Below the pieces are notes generated by a model. That model saw only the letters and a list, made by a program, of their open reading frames with translations. It was not told where the DNA came from and ran no database searches. The translations under genes and the position numbers were made by a program. 50,220 bases of DNA from an uncultured Candidatus Saccharibacteria bacterium (GTDB taxonomy: Bacteria > Patescibacteriota > Minisyncoccia > Phycocordibacterales > GWA1-40-21). This document shows, in pieces, positions 15,794 through 23,208 of this stretch. Every line of letters starts with the position of its first letter. Positions within the stretch are counted from its first letter, which is position 1. The DNA is taken from NCBI GenBank assembly GCA_964562105.1, contig CAZLRP010000003.1, positions 15,718 to 65,937 of the forward strand. The letters run 5' to 3'.

Positions 15794-16579
15794 ATGTTAA
15801 AAAGTACAAATCATTTAAAATCTATTCTCTCCTACATCCTCGGAGCCACTCTCGTAATTGGGGGAGTAGTCTTTGCTGGTACACTTACTCCTTCAGTAAG
15901 CATAGATACAGCAAACTTTGTAACTTTATCTGACATATACAACAAAATCATACTGAATACATACTCTACTTCTACTCACTCAATATCCACCACATCAGCT
16001 CCTGTAGCATCAATGTACACTCTTCTTGAAATATGGAATGGAATCCCCGCAATTGACTCCAGTAAAATGCTAGATACATACTCTCTAATGGGAGTTACAG
16101 GCGCAATAGCCGTAAAAACAAACGATAATGCAGTTACAATCACTTCCACTTCTACAAACAAACTTCTTCTTACTGTTCCAGCAGGTTATTATGGCGGTTC
16201 TGCTACTGTTTCTACAACTTCCACTTCTTTTGACCCCGCTAATATTGCAAATGGGGTGAATATTTTTGGAATCACAGGAACATTAGGAGTAGTATGGGAT
16301 ACTGCCGAGGTTGGTACTATGGATTGGGCTACAGCCGTCTCTACTTGCACAGGACGTGGATCCAGACTTCCAACTGAAGGAGAATTAATGAAGGGGTTAT
16401 CTGATCAATTTATACAGAGTCCAGCGATAGCTGATGGTTTTGTTCAAGAGGATTCTTATTGGTCAAGCAATGTGTTTTCATTTAATGACAGTTATGCTTG
16501 GCAAGCTTCAGCTGGCGAAAGTATAATGAGTGGTACTGGAGTAAAAACCTCTCTTGGATTAGTACGTTGTGTTCACTAG
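15794..16579 (+). CDS. Surface protein with a C-terminal DUF1566/CLec-like domain (paralog 1)
   Basis: Signal/TM, Thr/Ser-rich stalk, C-terminal RLPTEGEL..YWSS..AW..LVRCVH. Confidence 0.75.
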   Translation: MLKSTNHLKSILSYILGATLVIGGVVFAGTLTPSVSIDTANFVTLSDIYNKIILNTYSTSTHSISTTSAPVASMYTLLEIWNGIPAIDSSKMLDTYSLMGVTGAIAVKTNDNAVTITSTSTNKLLLTVPAGYYGGSATVSTTSTSFDPANIANGVNIFGITGTLGVVWDTAEVGTMDWATAVSTCTGRGSRLPTEGELMKGLSDQFIQSPAIADGFVQEDSYWSSNVFSFNDSYAWQASAGESIMSGTGVKTSLGLVRCVH

Positions 16580-16656
16580 GTTTTAATTTTTAGATGATTT
16601 TATTAATTAATAAATAAGATTAAATTCGTTTATAATTTAATATTAATAATGTTATT

Positions 16657-17370
16657 GTGTTAAAATTCTCAAATTTTTTTAAACATCTTCTTTCGTACAT
16701 TCTCGGAGCCACTCTCGTAATTGGGGGAGTAGTCTTTGCCGGTACACTTACTCCTTCAGTAAGCACAGATACGGCAAACTTTGTAACTTTATCTGATATA
16801 TACAACAAAATTATACTGAATACATACTCTACTTCCACTCACTCTATATCCACCACATCAGCTCCAACTGCTTCAATGCATACACTATATGAAATATACA
16901 ATATCATACCTACCTTATTACCTGCCACTATTCTCACCAATACCACCATTATGGGTGTAGCAGGAACTTACAACACATCAAATCTTATCCCAGGTAATGT
17001 AGCTACAGGAACCGCTTATGGAACAAGTTCTGTGGGGACTCTTGTTGAAGCACAAGCTACGGAGTGGGATGCAACTGATAATCCTGCCGGTAATGTTAAT
17101 TGGTTTGCGGGAGGTACGTATTGTGCCAGTCTTTCATCAGTCGGAGGAACAAAAGACGGAATGCCTTGGAGATTGCCATCGCAAACTGAATTGATAGCTA
17201 AATATAACGGAGATCATTCTGGTTTTGAGGAGTACGGTACGTATTGGTCTGGTACTACGGATACAGATCCGGAACACAGTGACTCCGCCTACGGTGTCCA
17301 TATGACATTTGGTCCCGCATGTTGCGCTAGCAAATTATATCTAACCGCGCTTATTCGCTGTGTTCGTTAA
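16657..17370 (+). CDS. Surface protein with a C-terminal DUF1566/CLec-like domain (paralog 2)
   Basis: N-terminal ~80 aa nearly identical to paralog 1; C-terminal WRLPSQTEL..YWSGT..AY..LIRCVR. Confidence 0.75.
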   Translation: MLKFSNFFKHLLSYILGATLVIGGVVFAGTLTPSVSTDTANFVTLSDIYNKIILNTYSTSTHSISTTSAPTASMHTLYEIYNIIPTLLPATILTNTTIMGVAGTYNTSNLIPGNVATGTAYGTSSVGTLVEAQATEWDATDNPAGNVNWFAGGTYCASLSSVGGTKDGMPWRLPSQTELIAKYNGDHSGFEEYGTYWSGTTDTDPEHSDSAYGVHMTFGPACCASKLYLTALIRCVR

Positions 17371-17404
17371 TTTACCTCTATTTTCACACAATGTAGTGTA
17401 GTTC

Positions 17405-17476
17405 TTGACAAACCACCTAAACAAATCTATAATCAAGATAGAAAGTCATTGCTGATTCTGATGAATCGGTGAGTTG
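17405..17476 (+). promoter_or_regulatory. Sigma70 promoter plus conserved structured 5' leader, copy 1
   Basis: TTGACA-N17-TATAAT, then TAGAAAGTCATTGCTGATTC-TGAT-GAATCGGTGAGTTG; homologs at 20214 and 22453. Confidence 0.85.
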
Positions 17477-17523
17477 AAAAATAAAAAATCTGATAAAAAG
17501 GACGTTCCTTAAAGGAGGACGAT

Positions 17524-18867
17524 ATGTACAGGGAATTAAAATCACCAATTGCCGTTCAATTAGAGATGACAACAAAATGTAATCACAAATGTATCCACTG
17601 TTACAATCATTGGAGGAAAGATTCCGTACGAGATAAGACCCTCAGTGAAGATGATGTAAAAAATATCATTGAAAATCTGAGAAAAAGTGAAGTTCCCAGC
17701 TTACTGATTACGGGTGGAGAACCGATGCTTTATCCTGATTTGATGCTCAAGGCACTTGAAATTGGGAAAAGTGCTGGGTTGGAGTATTCCTTAAATTCTA
17801 ACCTGACACTTGTAACTCCAGAAATTGCAAAAAAGTTAAAGAAACTAAAAATTGGTGTGTTAACGTCAATTTTATCTTTTGACAGAAATGTGCATGATAG
17901 TATAACAACGTTAGATGGTTCTTTTGATAGACTCATTGCGGGAGTTAAGCTCATGCAGAGGTATGGAGTTTCAGTTAGTGCGAATATGGTGGTCATGCAA
18001 AAAAACATAGACCAAATTTATGAGACAGGTAAGTTTGTTCATGGTTTGGGCTTGTCGGGGTTTAGAGCAACGAAAGTTCACCCGGCACAGGGATCATCAG
18101 ATTTCGAGAAAATAAAACTTCCACCAGAAAGAATTGTTGAAATTTTTGACAACCTTATCAAATTAAGAGAAGATTTCGGGCTCAAGGTTGATTCTCTAAC
18201 CACATACCCAACATGTCTTGTAAAAGACATGGATCGTTATGGTCAATTTATCCTAAGGCGAAGTTGTAGTGCTGGTAAAACTGGTTGTACAATAGGTGCT
18301 GATGGACAAGTTCGGCCATGTGGACACTCTGACGATAATTATGGCAATGCTACCGAAGAATCACTTCTTCAGATTTGGCCAAGATTGAAAAAGTGGAGAG
18401 ATGATTCTTTATTACCAAAAGAGTGTAAGGAATGTAAGTATGTTATCGAATGTAGTGGCGGTTGTCGCATGGATTGCAAATTCTATGGAAAAATCGATTC
18501 AATGGATCCATATGCGACGGGAAAAGATTTTAATTACATTCCTCAAAAACCAGAAAAAGTTGTACTTCTCCATTCTGAAACAGAGTTGATTATTGATCCG
18601 ACTCTTCGTTTTAGGCTAGAGAAATTCGGGTCGGTATTGATTGTTGAAAACAATGTCACATCAATAATTAGCCCAGATTCCGCAAAGTTGTTGAAGGAAC
18701 TAATGGGCACAATTTTTACACTGAATAGTATTTCCAATAAATATGGACTCGACGTGGAAATTGTGCGTAATTTTTTTACAAGCTTACGCAAGCAAAAAGT
18801 TATCTGTTTGTCGGATAAAATCTCTAAAGTAAAAGAAAGGAGGTTGTGTTATGGCAAAAACTCTTAA
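17524..18867 (+). CDS. Radical SAM/SPASM domain peptide maturase with a probable C-terminal RRE (PqqD/MftB-like) domain
   Basis: CNHKCIHC (CxxxCxxC); ITGGEP; SPASM CSAG..C..GADGQVRPC and CKEC-x5-C-x3-C; C-terminal LRFRLEKFGSVL followed by helices. SD AAGGAGG. Confidence 0.9.
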   Translation: MYRELKSPIAVQLEMTTKCNHKCIHCYNHWRKDSVRDKTLSEDDVKNIIENLRKSEVPSLLITGGEPMLYPDLMLKALEIGKSAGLEYSLNSNLTLVTPEIAKKLKKLKIGVLTSILSFDRNVHDSITTLDGSFDRLIAGVKLMQRYGVSVSANMVVMQKNIDQIYETGKFVHGLGLSGFRATKVHPAQGSSDFEKIKLPPERIVEIFDNLIKLREDFGLKVDSLTTYPTCLVKDMDRYGQFILRRSCSAGKTGCTIGADGQVRPCGHSDDNYGNATEESLLQIWPRLKKWRDDSLLPKECKECKYVIECSGGCRMDCKFYGKIDSMDPYATGKDFNYIPQKPEKVVLLHSETELIIDPTLRFRLEKFGSVLIVENNVTSIISPDSAKLLKELMGTIFTLNSISNKYGLDVEIVRNFFTSLRKQKVICLSDKISKVKERRLCYGKNS

Positions 18868-18988
18868 TTTAGGGTTTGTCCAAATGGCAACTGCGGGTAA
18901 TATGTTCGGGAATAGTTCCGAACACTTAAGCTGCGATTGCGTCAGTTGTAATTGCGACTGCTGGTGCGATTACGACAAAGGTAATTAA
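18851..18988 (+). CDS. Putative RiPP precursor peptide 1 (45 aa, 6 Cys); not in ORF track
   Basis: Manual translation MAKTLNLGFVQMATAGNMFGNSSEHLSCDCVSCNCDCWCDYDKGN. SD GAAAGGAGG, overlaps the rSAM stop, terminator follows. Confidence 0.85.
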   Translation: MAKTLNLGFVQMATAGNMFGNSSEHLSCDCVSCNCDCWCDYDKGN

Positions 18989-19008
18989 AGTCTTATAATA
19001 AAGACTTG

Positions 19009-19038
19009 CTGGCTAATAGAAATATTAGCCAGTTTTTT
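19009..19038 (+). terminator. Intrinsic terminator after precursor 1
   Basis: CTGGCTAATA-gaaa-TATTAGCCAG-TTTTTT. Confidence 0.8.
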
Positions 19039-19133
19039 ATTAGATTGACAAATCACTTCAATTAGTATTACAATTATTTTAGAAGGTTATTATCGATAGG
19101 GTATGAACAAAATTCTTAATAAGGAGGTAAGCC

Positions 19134-19253
19134 ATGAAAGAAACATTAGAGTTGGGATTTGTTGCATTGGTTGATGGTCAGGTAGATACGAATGCAAGTA
19201 ATGATCTTAATGTTTGCGACTGCTACTCTACAATCCCAGGCAATCCAAATTAG
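19134..19253 (+). CDS. Putative RiPP precursor peptide 2 (39 aa, CDC); not in ORF track
   Basis: Manual translation MKETLELGFVALVDGQVDTNASNDLNVCDCYSTIPGNPN. SD AAGGAGGT; own TTGACA..TACAAT promoter; shares TL-x-LGFV leader and CDC with peptide 1. Confidence 0.8.
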   Translation: MKETLELGFVALVDGQVDTNASNDLNVCDCYSTIPGNPN

Positions 19254-19273
19254 AGTCTTATAGCAAACACTCG

Positions 19274-19301
19274 CTGGTCAACGAAATGTTGACCAGTTTT
19301 T
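19274..19301 (+). terminator. Intrinsic terminator after precursor 2 (homologous to 19009-19038)
   Basis: CTGGTCAAC-gaaat-GTTGACCAG-TTTTT. Confidence 0.8.
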
Positions 19302-19332
19302 ATTTAAGTTAAATATAGCGTATAATAATGAA

Positions 19333-20178
19333 ATGAAAAAAATAATTTTAAAAATTAGCCAAGAGACAGAAACAAAGTTTTTTTCTAGATTTTTGCATAG
19401 CAAGTTATTTCCTCAGCATAAATACATGATTTTTTCTAGTTTTCCAGAATTAAAAGAAAAGATTGATTCGTCAAAGAAAAAAGAAAAAATAATCATTAGA
19501 GAATTTTTAACAAAAATTAGAGAAGATAATAAAGACAATATAGAAAAATCAATAATTTTTATTAAAAATGAAATAGAAAAAAAAGGAGAAAAAAGTTTAC
19601 AAATTTTAGCTAATTTAATGGATTATAAATGGAAGCTAAAAAGTGAAGATTATATTCTAATGCCAACCCTTTTGCCGTTCTGCCCATTTGAAGACAATAC
19701 TTTTCTATATTCAATATACAGGTCTTTAAAAGGTAAAGTAGAATATCCTGATGTACTGGCTGTTTCTATGCATGAAATATCCCATTTTATTTTTTTTGAT
19801 ATTTTGAAAGATAAAAAAATTGAATTAAATCAAGATCTCCTTTATTTTGTAAAAGAGCTAGTCGCACCAGTACTAGTGTACCAAGATGATTTTGATGAGC
19901 TTTTTAAAAAAGGAATTATTGGAAACTATAATGTTTTAGAAATTTATTTTGAACAAAATAATAAAATAGTAAAGGCTTTTGATTATTTTCTTGAAATGTT
20001 TATTAAAAATAGACAAACAAAAAAAGATTTTAGTAATTTTCTTAGTGAAATGATTTCCATTAGCAAAAAAATAGAACCAGAGATAAAGGGAAAGATAGCT
20101 TTTTATAATAAAAATGGAATGAACATAATGAAAGATCCTGAACTTTTAAAAAAATTCCAAGAACCTATCAAAATTTAA
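19333..20178 (+). CDS. Hypothetical protein with a HExxH (zincin-like) motif
   Basis: SMHEISHFIF; TATAAT 6 nt before the ATG (leaderless-type). Confidence 0.6.
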   Translation: MKKIILKISQETETKFFSRFLHSKLFPQHKYMIFSSFPELKEKIDSSKKKEKIIIREFLTKIREDNKDNIEKSIIFIKNEIEKKGEKSLQILANLMDYKWKLKSEDYILMPTLLPFCPFEDNTFLYSIYRSLKGKVEYPDVLAVSMHEISHFIFFDILKDKKIELNQDLLYFVKELVAPVLVYQDDFDELFKKGIIGNYNVLEIYFEQNNKIVKAFDYFLEMFIKNRQTKKDFSNFLSEMISISKKIEPEIKGKIAFYNKNGMNIMKDPELLKKFQEPIKI

Positions 20179-20213
20179 TAATAATCCTAAAAAGGGGAGT
20201 ATCTGTGTAGCCC

Positions 20214-20285
20214 TTGACAAACCACCTAAACAAATCTATAATTAAGGTAGAAAGTCATTGCTGATTCTGAAGAATCGGTGAGTTG
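20214..20285 (+). promoter_or_regulatory. Sigma70 promoter plus structured leader, copy 2
   Basis: First 29 nt (TTGACA..TATAAT) identical to copy 1; leader TAGAAAGTCATTGCTGATTCTGAAGAATCGGTGAGTTG. Confidence 0.85.
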
Positions 20286-20312
20286 TTAAAATAAAAAAAG
20301 AGGAGGTTTGTC

Positions 20313-20876
20313 ATGGAAACTAGGCGTATTTTTTTAAGACCGGCTGAAAAGTCGGACATTCCTCTTTTATATATTTGGAGGAATACCGAATCGTATCGGG
20401 AACTTTTTTCCGGAAGAAGAAATATTATCAGTATGGAAGAATTTGAGGTGGAATATAAGCGGGACGCCGAAAGACTCAAACATGTACAGTTTCTTGTTTG
20501 TTTGAAAACAAACAAGAACCCCATTGGTTTGATATATTCATACAACTATGTTCCAACTGATGGACATGTTTTTATGGGTATATTTGTAGACGAACACTTT
20601 CGTAAGATTGGTTATGGAGCAGAAGCGACGATTTTATTCGTTAAGTTTCTGTTTGACATGTATCCAATACATAAAGTGTTGGCAGAAATATACTCCTACA
20701 ATAAGCCGTCTTTATCTGGGTCAAAGAATCTCGGTTTTGTTGTAGAGGGTGAATTCAAAAATCACCGCTTCTATAAAGGGAGGTATTGGAATGTTCTGAG
20801 AATGGCCCTTTATAGAGAAAATTTAGCACGATTAGAAAAGATTCATAACAAAATCTCTTTAATAAACAGTTCATAA
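20313..20876 (+). CDS. GNAT N-acyltransferase, RimJ/RimL family
   Basis: IFLRP N-terminus; FRKIGYGAEA acyl-CoA motif; N..S..G..NLGF..EG; SD GAGGAGGT. Confidence 0.85.
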   Translation: METRRIFLRPAEKSDIPLLYIWRNTESYRELFSGRRNIISMEEFEVEYKRDAERLKHVQFLVCLKTNKNPIGLIYSYNYVPTDGHVFMGIFVDEHFRKIGYGAEATILFVKFLFDMYPIHKVLAEIYSYNKPSLSGSKNLGFVVEGEFKNHRFYKGRYWNVLRMALYRENLARLEKIHNKISLINSS

Positions 20877-20915
20877 TAATTATGAACTAAATCAAAAAGA
20901 AAGGAGGTAGTCCAA

Positions 20916-21077
20916 ATGACGAAATTCTTAACCGGTGGCGGTGGCGACGGAGATGAAGACGACGGTCAGAAAGTCGATGAAGATTTCGATGATACGGCCG
21001 CAAGTGAACAGGGAAATGACACACCAGAACCCTCTGAACCAGCTGAGCCTTCCGAACCGTCCGTTCCAGATCAGTAG
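20916..21077 (+). CDS. Putative 53-aa acidic Gly/Asp/Pro-rich peptide; not in ORF track
   Basis: Manual translation MTKFLTGGGGDGDEDDGQKVDEDFDDTAASEQGNDTPEPSEPAEPSEPSVPDQ. SD GAAAGGAGGT; terminator follows immediately. Confidence 0.75.
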   Translation: MTKFLTGGGGDGDEDDGQKVDEDFDDTAASEQGNDTPEPSEPAEPSEPSVPDQ

Positions 21078-21089
21078 TTCCATTTAGTA

Positions 21090-21135
21090 AAATGGGGAGA
21101 ATCTTACTTTAAAGTTCTCCCCATTTATTTTTTTT
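21090..21135 (+). terminator. Intrinsic terminator after the acidic peptide
   Basis: AAATGGGGAGAA..TTCTCCCCATTT followed by a T-run. Confidence 0.75.
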
Positions 21136-21152
21136 AATGTATAATTATTATC

Positions 21153-22436
21153 ATGAGTAAATCAAGAGAACTAGGAATAGAATTTTATAAAGAAAAATTA
21201 CCAAACAATTCTTCTATTTTTTTATATAAAAGAAAGGGTTTTCCGATAAACATACAGATTGTTTTTAATGCAGGTGCTCGTTTTGGTAAAAAACCGGGCA
21301 TATCGCATTTTTTGGAACATTTATTACTAGCTGGATCAAAAAAATATCCAACAAAAGATGCCCTCTGTGTTCCATTAGAAAATATTGGTGGATCAATAGG
21401 TGCGTCTACTGGCTCAGAATTTTTATACATCAATGTAAATATAGCGGACAAAGAAGATATAGACATTGCTATTGATGTGATCAATGAATCGGTTAATAAT
21501 TCGTTATTTGATAGTAAAACCATCGAAAATGAAAGAAAAGCCATTCTTTCTGAAATCGGTAATAGAAAATCAAACCCCTCATCAAATGTTTGGGATATTT
21601 ATAAAAAAGTATTTTTTCAAGAAACTATTCTTCAAAATTCAGGCTTGGGCACGTCGGAGATAGTTTCTAGTACCACAAAAGAAGAACTTGTTGATGAATA
21701 CTCAAGACTTATAAAAGAGGGACGCCCGACTATAATGGTAAGTGGGGATGTTGATATAGATTCTTTGAAGGATAAATTTAGTATTATTTTAAATGGGACA
21801 AAAGATATTTTTTCAGGTCTTATCGGAACAAGTTTACCTATAGTAAAAAACAAACGTATTGAGGTTGAAGAATATACAGCTGATCAAGTTCATATGATTT
21901 TAGGTTTTCGAACAGGCATACATTCTATTGTAGATAATATTCCAGCACATATATTATCTATGTTGCTGGCTAAAGGCAGAACTTCTATATTAATGTCTGA
22001 ATTGAGATACAAAAATGGTTTGATATATAATATTAGTGGTTCGTCTAATTATTTTGCTGATTATTCAATGTGGCTTATAAATACATCAACAGATAAGAAA
22101 AATGTTCAAAAAGTAATAGATCTCATTCTTTTGGAAATAAATAAAATTAAAAATAATGGTATTACTGAAGATCAATTGAATTTTGTTCGGTCAAAATCAA
22201 TTAAATCACTAAAATTTTCATTACAAACATCCGCATCTTTAGTTAATTCTAATATAATTGAAGTGATGATGAATCAAAATGATTCTTATACATTGGATGA
22301 TTTTGTTACTGATATGGAAAAAGTAACAGTAGAAGATATTTTAAAATGTGCTCAAAATATATTTAATACGGATAATTTTTTTATCGCACTTTGTGGCAAT
22401 ATAGAAGAAAAGGATATCAAAATAAATATATCTTAA
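21153..22436 (+). CDS. M16 family (pitrilysin-like) zinc peptidase
   Basis: Inverted zinc motif GISHFLEHLL (HxxEH), ERKAILSE, and C-terminal ELRYKNGLIYNI. Confidence 0.9.
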   Translation: MSKSRELGIEFYKEKLPNNSSIFLYKRKGFPINIQIVFNAGARFGKKPGISHFLEHLLLAGSKKYPTKDALCVPLENIGGSIGASTGSEFLYINVNIADKEDIDIAIDVINESVNNSLFDSKTIENERKAILSEIGNRKSNPSSNVWDIYKKVFFQETILQNSGLGTSEIVSSTTKEELVDEYSRLIKEGRPTIMVSGDVDIDSLKDKFSIILNGTKDIFSGLIGTSLPIVKNKRIEVEEYTADQVHMILGFRTGIHSIVDNIPAHILSMLLAKGRTSILMSELRYKNGLIYNISGSSNYFADYSMWLINTSTDKKNVQKVIDLILLEINKIKNNGITEDQLNFVRSKSIKSLKFSLQTSASLVNSNIIEVMMNQNDSYTLDDFVTDMEKVTVEDILKCAQNIFNTDNFFIALCGNIEEKDIKINIS

Positions 22437-22452
22437 GGTAAGTATCCATTTC

Positions 22453-22523
22453 TTGACAAATAATTAAATTGTTCTATAATCGTGGATAGAAAGTCATTGC
22501 CGATTCGAAGAATCGGTGAGTTG
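22453..22523 (+). promoter_or_regulatory. Sigma70 promoter plus structured leader, copy 3
   Basis: TTGACA-N16-TATAAT; TAGAAAGTCATTGCCGATTC-GAA-GAATCGGTGAGTTG. Confidence 0.85.
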
Positions 22524-22561
22524 TTAAAATTCAAAAAATCTTTGGAAAAAGGAGGTGTGAG

Positions 22562-23044
22562 ATGAACACTGTTTTGTTTGCTGAACGAGTGGCCAGTTAT
22601 GGCACTTTGACCATTATTACAGTCTTAGTTGATGAAATTGTTTGGCCGGCAGTAGTTTTATGGCAGGGCCCAGTCATTGGCGGATTTATTATGTTCTGCA
22701 TCTCGCTTTTAATTAATCTCATTTTGATCTGGTCATATGACAAGATTAAAAAAGATGTTTTTGCTTTTGAGACTCTTCGTGAGATGGCAGATCAAAAACA
22801 AAAGAGTTTTGGTAAGCGAATACTTGCATGGTTCATCAGAGCCGGTAAGGTGCCTGCATTCATTGCGATTTCATTTTATGACCCGTTTCTTTCCGTGATT
22901 TATATGCGGAAGGGAGTAGAAAAGTATAAAATGGAAAAGCGTGACTGGGGATATTTTGGATTAGCAATGATAATCGGCTGTGTTGGCTGGACGCTTTGTT
23001 GGCAGGGAGTTTTTATTACTGCTAAAGCGGTTTTTGGACTATAA
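22562..23044 (+). CDS. Hypothetical integral membrane protein (about 3-4 TM)
   Basis: 160 aa with hydrophobic segments; SD AAGGAGGTG; hairpin terminator at about 23045-23076. Confidence 0.75.
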   Translation: MNTVLFAERVASYGTLTIITVLVDEIVWPAVVLWQGPVIGGFIMFCISLLINLILIWSYDKIKKDVFAFETLREMADQKQKSFGKRILAWFIRAGKVPAFIAISFYDPFLSVIYMRKGVEKYKMEKRDWGYFGLAMIIGCVGWTLCWQGVFITAKAVFGL

Positions 23045-23208
23045 ACGGCGAGGATATTTATTTATCCCCGCCGTTTTTCTTTCTGACAAAATTTTACTTG
23101 TATACAACCTTTTTGACCCCTATGTCTTTTTTGATAAGGAGTTAAAAAAGTGTATTGATGCAAATTGTAATTGTCGCTTCGAAAGTAGTTTGTTTTATGT
23201 TTCGATTT

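Noticed and set aside
15794-17400. Complete diversity-generating retroelement
   Set aside because: No reverse transcriptase, no template repeat and no convincing IMH/hairpin in the window; kept only as candidate remote targets.
15239-17400. Shared 11-mer CAATGTAGTGT near 15241 and 17389
   Set aside because: Too short to separate from chance without genome-wide counts.
18851-18988. Calling peptide 1 a SCIFF/thermocellin ortholog because it has six Cys in 45 residues
   Set aside because: The numerical match looks coincidental; the Cys spacing (CxC-rich) and core differ from the SCIFF GGCGECQTSCQSACKTSC pattern.
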